IMG/VR virus record: IMGVR_UViG_3300019776_000324
Location: 1 to 64,000 of that record
Strand: one strand, 5' to 3'
Length of the DNA stretch: 64,000 nt
Notes under the pieces: generated by a model
What the model was told of the DNA's origin: nothing
The model's input: only the letters and a program-made list of their open reading frames with translations
The model's database searches: none
In this document: one piece after another, positions 15,584 through 24,122 of the stretch
Position numbering within the stretch: position 1 is the first letter of the stretch
Layout of the letters: the number at the start of each line of letters is the position of its first letter
Translations under genes and position numbers: made by a program

Positions 15584-16867
15584 ATGACCACTAGCACACA
15601 AAACAAAAAAGAATCAGACAAGTTTAAAAACTTATTGGGTCCGACTAACCCTAAAGTTGATGCAGATGTTCGTGAGAAGTTGATTACTGCTCGTGTGGGC
15701 TTGTTACTTCGTGCAAGTTTCTTTGGTAACTTGGCTACTCGCTTAAAGTTAGTCAATGCTGATGAATGGTGTCCAACAGCCGCAACTGATGGTCGTCACT
15801 TTTACTACAATACCCGTTTCGTAAACATGCTCAAGCCAAAAGAGATTGAGTTCTTGTTTGGTCATGAGGTCTTGCACTGTGTTTACGATCACTTTGGCCG
15901 TCGTGGCGATCGTGACCATCAACTGTTTAACATTGCCAATGACTATTGCGTAAACGCAGACTTGAAGAAACATCGTGTGGGCGAGTTTATTACATCAGTA
16001 CCTTGCTTGTACGATGCCAAGTACGAAGGTATGAGTTCAGAAGAGATTTATGATCTCTTGTATGAAAATGCTGAAAAGATCAATATCAGTGATTTGATTG
16101 ACAAATTGCTCGATGATCACTTGGATGGTAATGGTGACGGGGAAGGTGAAGATGGCGATGAGAAAGATGGCAAAGGCAAGGGTCGCCCTAAACTAAGCGC
16201 AGAAGAGCGTCAACAGATCAAAGATGAGATCAAAGAAGCTGTATTGGCTGCGGCTGCCGCTAGCGACGGTGCAGGTAACTTGCCAGCAGGTGTCAAGCGT
16301 ATCATTGAAGATATGACTGCACCTAAAATGAACTGGCGCGAGTTGTTGCGTATGCAATTAGAGTCAACTATCAAGACTGACTACACTTGGATGCGCTCTA
16401 GCCGTAAAGGCTGGCACATGGATGCTATTATGCCTGGACAGAAGTTTGATGAGCTTATTGATATTGCTGTTAGTATTGACGCTTCAGGCAGTATGGGCGA
16501 AGCTATGCTCAAAGATATCTTGTCAGAAGTGCAAGGTATTGTAGACAGTTTCCCAGCTTACAAACTGCACATTGTATCGTTTGATACTCAGATTTACAAT
16601 CCACAGACTTACGACAGTGAGAACTTGGACAATCTAGTAGACTACGAAATCCACGGTGGTGGCGGTACAGACTTTGATTGTGTGTTTGAATACTTCAAAG
16701 AAAATGACATCCAACCCAAGCGTCATATCATGTTTACTGACGGTTACCCATGTGGTAGTTGGGGTGATGAGAACTACTGTGATACTGTGTTTATCATGCA
16801 CGGTACTACTAGCATTGTTCCACCGTTTGGTCAGTACGCTTACTATGAGGAAGAAAAGAGTCACTAA
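15584..16867 (+). CDS. DUF2201-type metallopeptidase plus vWA-domain protein (MoxR partner)
   Basis: 'TAATDG', HEXXH 'HEVLH', acidic/Gly linker, MIDAS 'DASGSM', 'GGGGTDF' and 'FTDG'. Confidence 0.85.
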   Translation: MTTSTQNKKESDKFKNLLGPTNPKVDADVREKLITARVGLLLRASFFGNLATRLKLVNADEWCPTAATDGRHFYYNTRFVNMLKPKEIEFLFGHEVLHCVYDHFGRRGDRDHQLFNIANDYCVNADLKKHRVGEFITSVPCLYDAKYEGMSSEEIYDLLYENAEKINISDLIDKLLDDHLDGNGDGEGEDGDEKDGKGKGRPKLSAEERQQIKDEIKEAVLAAAAASDGAGNLPAGVKRIIEDMTAPKMNWRELLRMQLESTIKTDYTWMRSSRKGWHMDAIMPGQKFDELIDIAVSIDASGSMGEAMLKDILSEVQGIVDSFPAYKLHIVSFDTQIYNPQTYDSENLDNLVDYEIHGGGGTDFDCVFEYFKENDIQPKRHIMFTDGYPCGSWGDENYCDTVFIMHGTTSIVPPFGQYAYYEEEKSH

Positions 16868-17142
16868 TGAACGAGCGTATTCAACGGCTCAAAGATCAGG
16901 CGTTAAAAGAATGCCTGGATAAATCTGACAGCTTGGTCCAAGGTGAAACTATTACTCTACGAGAGTTTCACAACATTGTAGAGGACAAGTTTGTTAATTT
17001 ATTGCTTGCCGACTTAGCTGATGAACTGATTGATGTTGCTCGAGGTAGTAAGAAAGTTAATCCAGAATGGGCCAACGGCGTGAACCATGCGGCCATGTTA
17101 GCCCAGCGTATGACTATGAACTTACCCAAGGAAGAAAAATGA
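16867..17142 (+). CDS. Hypothetical protein (MNERI family)
   Basis: 'MNERIQRLKDQA...DKFVNLLL'; paralogous to 17744 and 18563. Confidence 0.7.
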   Translation: MNERIQRLKDQALKECLDKSDSLVQGETITLREFHNIVEDKFVNLLLADLADELIDVARGSKKVNPEWANGVNHAAMLAQRMTMNLPKEEK

Positions 17143-17426
17143 TTAAAATGCCATGGCAGGACAGCGCGGAAACTATCGCAAACAAAGAACTGCTTGCTAA
17201 GAACCTAGCTGAAAAGAAAGAGTTAGAGCGAGCAGAAGCTGAAAAGGAAGAAGATGGGCTACCGTGCTACCAAGTTGGTGTATCTAAGGATAATCGTGTT
17301 ACACTTAGACTAGGCAGTGAATCGTGGTATAGCACACTTACCATGACTAACGAAGGTGTTGACCGTATGATTCGTATGCTGGAAGCCGCAAAAGATCAAG
17401 TCAATGCTGAAGAGGTTAAAGAGTGA
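17139..17426 (+). CDS. Hypothetical protein
   Basis: Likely start at the ATGA overlap 17139 (MIKMPW). Confidence 0.65.
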   Translation: MIKMPWQDSAETIANKELLAKNLAEKKELERAEAEKEEDGLPCYQVGVSKDNRVTLRLGSESWYSTLTMTNEGVDRMIRMLEAAKDQVNAEEVKE

Positions 17427-17617
17427 TCTCTGGATGGATCCTAGTAGTACTGCAATCAACTGCACCATATGTGTATGGTTGGCAACCCATTGGTGAGTTT
17501 GCTTACGAGCAAGAGTGTAAGCAGGCTATCGTGCAATTGCAAACCCGTGCTAAAGAATACAGTACGGTTACTGTGCGTGACTATATTTGTATTCCAAGAT
17601 CAAGGAGTTCCACATGA
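17423..17617 (+). CDS. Hypothetical small protein with two Cys
   Basis: GTGA overlap; 'F..EQECKQA...YICIPR'. Confidence 0.6.
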   Translation: MISGWILVVLQSTAPYVYGWQPIGEFAYEQECKQAIVQLQTRAKEYSTVTVRDYICIPRSRSST

Positions 17618-17760
17618 TGTATAAATTTTTATGGAATGTAAAACTATGGTTAACGGGTATTGTTATACTTGTTATGATACCCGTTGTGTTTGTATGGGCC
17701 GTGTTGGTTGACGGCCCGATTGAACTAACTAAAAGGTTTATGAGTGAACGAGAAGATTAA
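17614..17760 (+). CDS. Small membrane protein (48 aa, missing from ORF track)
   Basis: AAGGAG SD; MMYKFLWNVKLWLTGIVILVMIPVVFVWAVLVDGPIELTKRFMSERED. Confidence 0.6.
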   Translation: MMYKFLWNVKLWLTGIVILVMIPVVFVWAVLVDGPIELTKRFMSERED

Positions 17761-17995
17761 ACAACTGGCTAAACAGTCCGGTATTTGGTTCGAGGACACA
17801 AAAGAGATTAGAACTCATTCCATTAGCACTACTACCTTGGAAAAGTTTGCTGTTTCGATTGTACAAGAATGCCTGGATTCAATTGTTGCTACCAAGGATC
17901 GTCCGACTGATAATGATCTTTTATTTTACCAGGGCCTGTTTACAGCAATTGACGGAATTAAAAAACGATTTGGAGTAGAGCATGAAAAGGATTAA
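17744..17995 (+). CDS. Hypothetical protein (MNERI family)
   Basis: 'NEKIKQLAKQS...LEKFAVSIVQEC...IKKRFGVE'. Confidence 0.7.
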   Translation: MNEKIKQLAKQSGIWFEDTKEIRTHSISTTTLEKFAVSIVQECLDSIVATKDRPTDNDLLFYQGLFTAIDGIKKRFGVEHEKD

Positions 17996-18194
17996 AGCGT
18001 TATTCCCGCGCTCGGGTGCTACCTGGTTGTTTGGGTGGACCTTTGTGTATGCTGTTGTAGCTGTGTATTCGGTATTTGTTGAGCCTGTTGCCAGTATAGA
18101 ATTGATACAAGCAGCGTGGTTATTGATTTGTAGCATGCCATTGTGGATTCCTCCACTGGCACGATTTTTAAGGATGCGTGTATTATGGAAATAA
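17982..18194 (+). CDS. Small membrane protein
   Basis: GGAG SD; two hydrophobic segments. Confidence 0.65.
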   Translation: MKRIKALFPRSGATWLFGWTFVYAVVAVYSVFVEPVASIELIQAAWLLICSMPLWIPPLARFLRMRVLWK

Positions 18195-18382
18195 AACTTA
18201 ACCAATTGGTCAAAGAGCAGGCGAATGTCAACAGCATTGACAAATTAATGATCTTAGTATATAATTTAATTTTAGTAGCTGGTGCATGCTATCTGGTTTA
18301 TTACAAGGATGCCAGTGCTTGGTTGTTCTTGTTGGTGCTAGCACTGGCTGGTAGTTGGAAAGAAAGCAAAAAAGATGATTAA
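18185..18382 (+). CDS. Small membrane protein
   Basis: Two TM segments; start uncertain. Confidence 0.55.
   Translation: MEIKLNQLVKEQANVNSIDKLMILVYNLILVAGACYLVYYKDASAWLFLLVLALAGSWKESKKDD
18237..18265 (+). promoter_or_regulatory. Perfect-consensus sigma70 promoter inside a CDS
   Basis: TTGACA-17bp-TATAAT. Confidence 0.7.
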
Positions 18383-18551
18383 AATTTGGTTAGGATTTGC
18401 AATATTGTTTAGTGCGTTTTACACTGGTATTCCGACATTTAGACATATGACTGGTAAAGAAAAGTGGAACTTGACAAAAACTGTATTGTTTAGTATAATT
18501 TGTAGTGCGTTAGCAATTGCCACAATGATGTTATTTGTAATTGTATTCTAA
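18375..18551 (+). CDS. Small membrane protein (58 aa, missing from ORF track)
   Basis: MIKIWLGFAILFSAFYTGIPTFRHMTGKEKWNLTKTVLFSIICSALAIATMMLFVIVF; two TM segments. Confidence 0.7.
   Translation: MIKIWLGFAILFSAFYTGIPTFRHMTGKEKWNLTKTVLFSIICSALAIATMMLFVIVF
18471..18499 (+). promoter_or_regulatory. Perfect-consensus sigma70 promoter inside a CDS
   Basis: TTGACA-17bp-TATAAT. Confidence 0.75.
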
Positions 18552-18562
18552 AGGGAATTAAA

Positions 18563-18799
18563 ATGAACGACAAGATTCAACAATTAATTAAACAAGCAAA
18601 TCGTGAAATTGGTGAGCAACTAGGCCAGTCTGGAGTGTATTTAAACTTTGGCCCTGCAAAATATTTTGCCGAACTTATTGTTAAAGAATGTGCCGATGTA
18701 TGTAGGAAAGAATGGTTGGCAAGTAGTTCTGCACAACGATACGGCGATCAGTGCGCCGACTCAATTGAACATCATTTTAATATTAAGGAAACAGTATGA
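18563..18799 (+). CDS. Hypothetical protein (MNERI family)
   Basis: 'MNDKIQQLIKQA...KYFAELIVKECA...IEHHF'. Confidence 0.7.
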   Translation: MNDKIQQLIKQANREIGEQLGQSGVYLNFGPAKYFAELIVKECADVCRKEWLASSSAQRYGDQCADSIEHHFNIKETV

Positions 18800-19593
18800 A
18801 CAAGACTTTTAAATTAAGTATTTTGGCCGCGGCCCTCGTAGCAACCACAGCATGTACTCGTATTGAAACAGGTACAGTGGGCCTGCGTGTTGACATGAGC
18901 AAGCAGATTGCTGGTGCTGAATTACAGCCGGGATCTTGGAATCAAACACTGTTTGGTGATGTACTTGAGTTTCAAGTTCGTAGTATTCAAGTTGCTTGGA
19001 ACAATCTTACTCCACAGACAGCAGATAACAGTACACTCAAAGACTTTGATGTAGCAATGATTTACGAAATTAATCCAACCGCAGTTAGCGAATTGTGGAT
19101 TAACCAAAGCCGTAGCTTCCATACTTATAAAGATGGCGAATACTACTTGATGTTCAACTACATGACTCAACTGTTGAACTCTGCTACAGCCAAGGCTGTT
19201 CGCAAGTACAAGGCACTTGAAGTAGCAGACAACCGTGCTAATATCGAAGCTGATATTCGTGCCACAGTTGATGCCATGCTCAAAGAAGAAAAACTAGACA
19301 AGAGTATTACAGTCAGCCAAGTTCGAGTAGCTAATGCAGTACCAGCAGATGACATTGTGGCCAGTGCTAATGCCGCAGTTAAAGCTACAAACGATTTGAA
19401 AACTAAACAGGTTGAAGTACAGATTGCTCAACAAGAAGCTATCCGTATCCAAACACTTAACTCAAACTCGCAAGCTATCCCATACATGAACGCTATGGCT
19501 AATATGGAAATTGCCAAGGCAGTTCGCGAAGGCAAGGTTCAAACAATTGTTGTGCCTGCGGATTTCAAAGGCATGCTGAATGTGGGCAAATAA
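18796..19593 (+). CDS. SPFH/Band 7 (prohibitin-like) lipoprotein
   Basis: Lipobox-like 'ATTAC', then 'TRIETGTVGLRV', 'PQTADN' and a C-terminal coiled coil. Confidence 0.8.
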   Translation: MNKTFKLSILAAALVATTACTRIETGTVGLRVDMSKQIAGAELQPGSWNQTLFGDVLEFQVRSIQVAWNNLTPQTADNSTLKDFDVAMIYEINPTAVSELWINQSRSFHTYKDGEYYLMFNYMTQLLNSATAKAVRKYKALEVADNRANIEADIRATVDAMLKEEKLDKSITVSQVRVANAVPADDIVASANAAVKATNDLKTKQVEVQIAQQEAIRIQTLNSNSQAIPYMNAMANMEIAKAVREGKVQTIVVPADFKGMLNVGK

Positions 19594-19594
19594 T

Positions 19595-19762
19595 ATGGAC
19601 AAGATCAGACAGTGGTACTTGAACAACTATACTGAGATTACTTGGTTCCTAATTGGCTTCTTAACACTAGCTGGATTCCAAGATCTAGCCCGTGGTGATT
19701 ATGTTCAAGCAGTTATTAGTTTTGCACTGGTAGCATTAAACTACTCATTGAGCCAGAAATAA
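19595..19762 (+). CDS. Small membrane protein
   Basis: MDKIRQWY... with two TM segments. Confidence 0.65.
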   Translation: MDKIRQWYLNNYTEITWFLIGFLTLAGFQDLARGDYVQAVISFALVALNYSLSQK

Positions 19763-19779
19763 CAGTATCAATTTTACCG

Positions 19780-19811
19780 AAACACCCCTAAATGGGGTGT
19801 TTTTATTTTTT
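19780..19811 (+). terminator. Rho-independent terminator
   Basis: AAACACCCC-taaat-GGGGTGTTT followed by a T-tract. Confidence 0.85.
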
Positions 19812-19840
19812 GAGCTGTCATTTATACATTAAATATCAGT

Positions 19841-20074
19841 ATGGAAAATACAACTAACAATACCCAAATTACTATTGCAGATCTAGACACACTTAGAAAC
19901 ATTGTGGATCTGGCCTGCACCCGTGGTGCTTTCCGTGGCGCAGAACTTACACAAGTTGGTGTGATCTACGACAAGCTCACTCAGTTCCTTGCTGCCGTAA
20001 TCGAGCAAGCCAAGGCACAAGAAGAATCAAACAACTCAGCCGAGCCAGCTGACAACCAATCTCAAGGAGAATAA
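19841..20074 (+). CDS. Hypothetical protein
   Basis: 'ITIADL...IVDLACTRGAFRGAELTQVG..YDKL..FL'; preceded by TAAATA 5 nt upstream. Confidence 0.75.
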   Translation: MENTTNNTQITIADLDTLRNIVDLACTRGAFRGAELTQVGVIYDKLTQFLAAVIEQAKAQEESNNSAEPADNQSQGE

Positions 20075-20075
20075 C

Positions 20076-20804
20076 ATGGCATTTACTAAATTTGTAGGCA
20101 AACACGGAGATCGCAGAGTCTGCGTATTGTTCAGACAGGTACCCGGCGAAGATCACATGGCGTTGATTATCTATCCAGATACTATTCACGCACACTGGCA
20201 AGACGCTATTCAAAAGGTTCTTGAAAGTGACCTGTGTCAACAAGGCGAAGAGTTTGCTGATGCGCTACATCGCAACTACTTCCCAGACGGTCGTCCAATG
20301 TTAGAAACATTGCACCAAGAGCGCATGATCAAGAAGGTACGCACTGCTGATATCATCATGACTCCTAATGCTTCTAGCAACATTCGGTTAGATGAACTCA
20401 ACAAGATGTTGAACGAAATGAAACTGGGCGAAGCTGCTATCAAGAAAATGGCTGAAAGTGATGCTAGCCGTGGTATGGTTGCTCCAGAAGTCAAGCGCAA
20501 AGCTGAAGCAGAATACAAAGCTAGTCAAGCACAAAAAGCAGATCCTGCGTATGTTGCTCCCCCGACACTCAAAGCAGGTCAAGATGGTGCACTATCAGAC
20601 CGTGACATTGCTGCTAACATGTTGGCACAAGCCAAAGCTATGGAAGTTAACGCACACAATATGATCGCTGAAGCAGCACGCATGAAGAAAGATGCAGAAC
20701 GCATGGATCCGACTGTTACTGCTAAAGCAACGGCACCTACTACAACCCAGACTAAAGCTAAACGCGGCCGTCCTGCTAAGGTAGCAGATGCAGCTCAATC
20801 TTGA
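20076..20804 (+). CDS. Hypothetical protein with C-terminal AT-hook-like motif
   Basis: AAGGAG SD; 'KRGRPAK' near the C-terminus. Confidence 0.75.
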   Translation: MAFTKFVGKHGDRRVCVLFRQVPGEDHMALIIYPDTIHAHWQDAIQKVLESDLCQQGEEFADALHRNYFPDGRPMLETLHQERMIKKVRTADIIMTPNASSNIRLDELNKMLNEMKLGEAAIKKMAESDASRGMVAPEVKRKAEAEYKASQAQKADPAYVAPPTLKAGQDGALSDRDIAANMLAQAKAMEVNAHNMIAEAARMKKDAERMDPTVTAKATAPTTTQTKAKRGRPAKVADAAQS

Positions 20805-21090
20805 TTTTTTAGATCAGTGGGAACATATATTAGCAGATGTAGTTAAGACGGATGTTCCCCTAGAGTGTATTAAGAAAGTAGTTATCAAGTTAGCCGGTGG
20901 TAAACAGAAAACTATTAATGTACACACTCTATTAAAGCAGGGTATGGAGTTAGAAGAAGTTGAAAGCATGCTCACTAGATTTTTTAATGAGAACGATCAT
21001 CATATTCGCGATGTAGACTTTGTAGTAGACATCAACTCCGTAGCCAAAATTGTTCAACCAGAAACAGATAAATTATTAGGTAAACTTTGA
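20788..21090 (+). CDS. Hypothetical protein
   Basis: Coupled ORF upstream of thyX. Confidence 0.7.
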   Translation: MQLNLDFLDQWEHILADVVKTDVPLECIKKVVIKLAGGKQKTINVHTLLKQGMELEEVESMLTRFFNENDHHIRDVDFVVDINSVAKIVQPETDKLLGKL

Positions 21091-21749
21091 AAGTAACATT
21101 AGTTTCGTCGAGCCAACCTAGCGCAGAATTAGCAAGTCAAGGCATAATCAATTGCCAAGAGTTGGTTGCTTACTGCGCTAGGGTTAGCAATCCAGCTAAC
21201 CAAACCAACACAGACACCAGCGAAAAGCTGATCCGTTATCTTATCAAACACAAGCATTGGTCACCATTAGAAATGGTAAGTGCTTGTTTAGAAATTGAAA
21301 CTACAAGAGATATTGCTAGACAGATCTTGCGTCACCGTAGCTTCAGCTTCCAAGAGTTCAGTCAGCGTTATGCTGTAGCAGACTTGGGTTGGGAGTTTAA
21401 AGAAACCAGACTACAAGACACCAAGAACCGTCAAAACAGTCTGGCCACAGATGACCACATGTTAGACTACGAGTGGCAAACAGTACAAAAGAATCTTGTT
21501 GGGCAAGTACAAGAAGCATACGATTGGGCTATCAAGAACGGTATTGCCAAAGAACAAGCTAGAGCTGTGTTACCAGAAGGTATTACTACTAGCCGTTTAT
21601 ACATGCAAGGCACTTTGCGTAGCTGGTTACACTATATTGAATTGCGTAGTGGACCAGAAACACAAAAGGAACACCGTGAAGTTGCACAAGCCTGCGCTGG
21701 CGCACTTGAATCAATCTTCCCAATGGTTTCAGAATTCCTTGTAAAGTAA
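21087..21749 (+). CDS. thyX: Flavin-dependent thymidylate synthase
   Basis: ThyX motif 'RHRSFSFQEFSQRY', plus 'HWSPLE' and 'KEQARAVLP'. Confidence 0.95.
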   Translation: MKVTLVSSSQPSAELASQGIINCQELVAYCARVSNPANQTNTDTSEKLIRYLIKHKHWSPLEMVSACLEIETTRDIARQILRHRSFSFQEFSQRYAVADLGWEFKETRLQDTKNRQNSLATDDHMLDYEWQTVQKNLVGQVQEAYDWAIKNGIAKEQARAVLPEGITTSRLYMQGTLRSWLHYIELRSGPETQKEHREVAQACAGALESIFPMVSEFLVK

Positions 21750-21767
21750 ACATAATTCTGCTATAAT
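21739..21767 (+). promoter_or_regulatory. Sigma70-type promoter (probable leaderless mRNA)
   Basis: TTGTAA-17bp-TATAAT; ATG is 6 nt downstream. Confidence 0.6.
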
Positions 21768-21773
21768 AGCAGT

Positions 21774-22124
21774 ATGTTCAAGGCCATAAACGAATTGCAT
21801 CCGAGAAATCGTTCTGCTGAAGCAGACAAACTGTTCAAAGCACCAGAGTGGCGACTTGTTGACGATAAAGCTGTTAAGTTTTCGGATGTAATGGTTCATT
21901 CGTTCAACATGGGCGATGTAGAAGATCCAGATCTATATGCTGCACAACCCATTATGGAATGGCAGAACAGCGAAGCAGGACAATGGGTTATAGAACATGC
22001 TGTGGAGAAACCCTTCTGGCATCGTGTGTTGAGTCCTTACACTTATGGATGGACATATTATATTGTAGCTCGACTTGCTGAGCAAGATCAAACATACTGG
22101 ACACTTAAATGGCAAAAATCTTAG
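21774..22124 (+). CDS. Distant FxL[RK]W-family protein
   Basis: 'GDVEDPDLYAAQPI...EQDQTYWTLKWQKS'. Confidence 0.7.
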   Translation: MFKAINELHPRNRSAEADKLFKAPEWRLVDDKAVKFSDVMVHSFNMGDVEDPDLYAAQPIMEWQNSEAGQWVIEHAVEKPFWHRVLSPYTYGWTYYIVARLAEQDQTYWTLKWQKS

Positions 22125-23077
22125 TAACAGGCGGCCTAGGCTTTATTGGCCATAATGTTGTTGCCCTGTTAGAACAGCAAGGACATGCAGTTGTTGTAGT
22201 TGATAACTTGACTGACTATGGCATTATACCTGCACAAGAACTTGCTTGGTTGGTTGAACACCGCCGTAGAAAAATCAAAACACAACATATCTACAAGGAT
22301 GATATTGCTTGGTTAAACATCAGCAGAATCATTCAAGAGCATGAGATAGATACAGTCATACACTTGGCCAGCTTTCCCAGACAAAAAGTAGTCAATAACA
22401 ATCCGCAATGGGGCAGTCGTACCATGAGCGAGGGCCTGCTTAACTTGTTAGAAGCCAGTACCAGCAACAGTGTACGCAAGTTTGTATATGTTAGCAGCAG
22501 TATGGTCTATGGTAACTTCAAGGACAAATATTCAGACGGCGTAGATGAAAATCATGCTTGTAATCCCCTAGGGCAATACGGTATTATGAAGCTGGCAGGA
22601 GAATGGTTGGTCAAAGACTATGCTCGCCGTACTGGTATTGCTTATACTGTTATACGCCCTAGTGCTGTGTATGGACCCTTGGATGTAGAAGATCGTGTGG
22701 TCAGCAAGTTCTTGTTAACAGCCATGCGTGGTGGAGAAATACAAGTCAACGGCGATAAGGAAAGTTTAGACTTTACCTATGTAGACGATGCCGCAGATGG
22801 TATTGTGAGTGCTAGTATAAGCAACGACACAGACAACATGACATATAACATTACTCGTGGGTCTAGTCGTACCTTATTAGAAGCTGCAGAACTAGCTGTG
22901 CGTATAGTAGGCACAGGAACTATCCGTGTTAATCCAGCAGACAATAACTTTCCCAGTCGCGGTCAGTTAAATACGACTAGAGCATATCAAGACTTTGGAT
23001 ACATGCCTGCAACTGATATAGAACAAGGATTTGAGGAATACTATGCCTGGCTTAAAGATTCCATTTACCGGACTTAA
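22109..23077 (+). CDS. NAD-dependent nucleotide-sugar epimerase/dehydratase (extended SDR)
   Basis: TGGLGFIG, 'SSSMVYG', YxxxK 'YGIMK' and 'DFTYVDD'. Confidence 0.9.
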   Translation: MAKILVTGGLGFIGHNVVALLEQQGHAVVVVDNLTDYGIIPAQELAWLVEHRRRKIKTQHIYKDDIAWLNISRIIQEHEIDTVIHLASFPRQKVVNNNPQWGSRTMSEGLLNLLEASTSNSVRKFVYVSSSMVYGNFKDKYSDGVDENHACNPLGQYGIMKLAGEWLVKDYARRTGIAYTVIRPSAVYGPLDVEDRVVSKFLLTAMRGGEIQVNGDKESLDFTYVDDAADGIVSASISNDTDNMTYNITRGSSRTLLEAAELAVRIVGTGTIRVNPADNNFPSRGQLNTTRAYQDFGYMPATDIEQGFEEYYAWLKDSIYRT

Positions 23078-24122
23078 AAAGCAGTATAACAATCTGCGTA
23101 CAGAGATCTTAGATGTCACTGATGAAGTGTTAAGGTCAGGACAACTCATGGCTGGCAATTATACCGCAGAGTTTGAAAATTGGCTGGCTCATCGCAATCA
23201 CAGCAAATACGCTATAACATGTCACTCAGGCAGTCAAGCCCTAGAGATAATTGCCGAATACTATCGTACACAAACTAGTACTCGCCCACCCAGAGTAGTT
23301 GTACCATCAATGACTTATGTGGCCACTGCTAATGCATTTATACGAGCAGGTTGGGAAGTATGGATCGCAGACACTGACAAGTACGGTTTACTAGACAACA
23401 AGAAGCATGTGCCTGTGGATCTAAGTGTACAAGCAACTGTGCTGGTTGGCCTGTATGGTGCGGCTGTTAATGCTGATCGCTTTTGGGGTACGGACCTAGT
23501 TATAGAAGATGGTGCACAACACTGGTTGGCAAACAATTCAAATCGTGTGGGCAATGCTTGTGCTATCAGCTTTGACCCTATGAAGAACTTGAATGCTTAT
23601 GGCAACGGTGGTGCTGTAGTAACTGACGATATAGACTTGTTGGAGTTTGCTAGAGAGTGGACCAACAATGGCAAGCCCACGCACACAAACATAGGCACTA
23701 ACAGTAGAATGAGTGAGATAGAGTGTGCGCAGATGATGGTTAAAACACAGCACATTGATTCATGGCAAGCTCGTCGTGAAAACATATCCAAGTACTGGAT
23801 GGGCCGATTAAAGAACACAGGTATTAGAAGTTTAATTGATGCACACAATGTTGAAACACACTCGTATCACAAGTTTGTTATTGATGTGGACAATAGAGAT
23901 ATCCTTGCTCGTAACTTGGATATCAAAGGCATTGAAACTAGAGTACACTACAAGCAACCGCTACATGAACTGCCAGCTTACAGTAATTGCACTGGTCCTG
24001 ACATGTTAAGTGTTGCCAGTGCGTTGTCACGCAGAGTATTAAGTTTACCTATCTATCCAGAACTAACTGATCTGGAAGTAGAATATATTATTGATCAGGT
24101 ATTAGATTCCGCTTTATCATAG
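23043..24122 (+). CDS. DegT/DnrJ/EryC1/StrS PLP-dependent sugar aminotransferase
   Basis: 'TYVATANA', 'IEDGAQ', PLP-lysine motif 'SFDPMKNLNAYGNGG' and 'LSLPIYP'. Confidence 0.9.
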   Translation: MPGLKIPFTGLKKQYNNLRTEILDVTDEVLRSGQLMAGNYTAEFENWLAHRNHSKYAITCHSGSQALEIIAEYYRTQTSTRPPRVVVPSMTYVATANAFIRAGWEVWIADTDKYGLLDNKKHVPVDLSVQATVLVGLYGAAVNADRFWGTDLVIEDGAQHWLANNSNRVGNACAISFDPMKNLNAYGNGGAVVTDDIDLLEFAREWTNNGKPTHTNIGTNSRMSEIECAQMMVKTQHIDSWQARRENISKYWMGRLKNTGIRSLIDAHNVETHSYHKFVIDVDNRDILARNLDIKGIETRVHYKQPLHELPAYSNCTGPDMLSVASALSRRVLSLPIYPELTDLEVEYIIDQVLDSALS

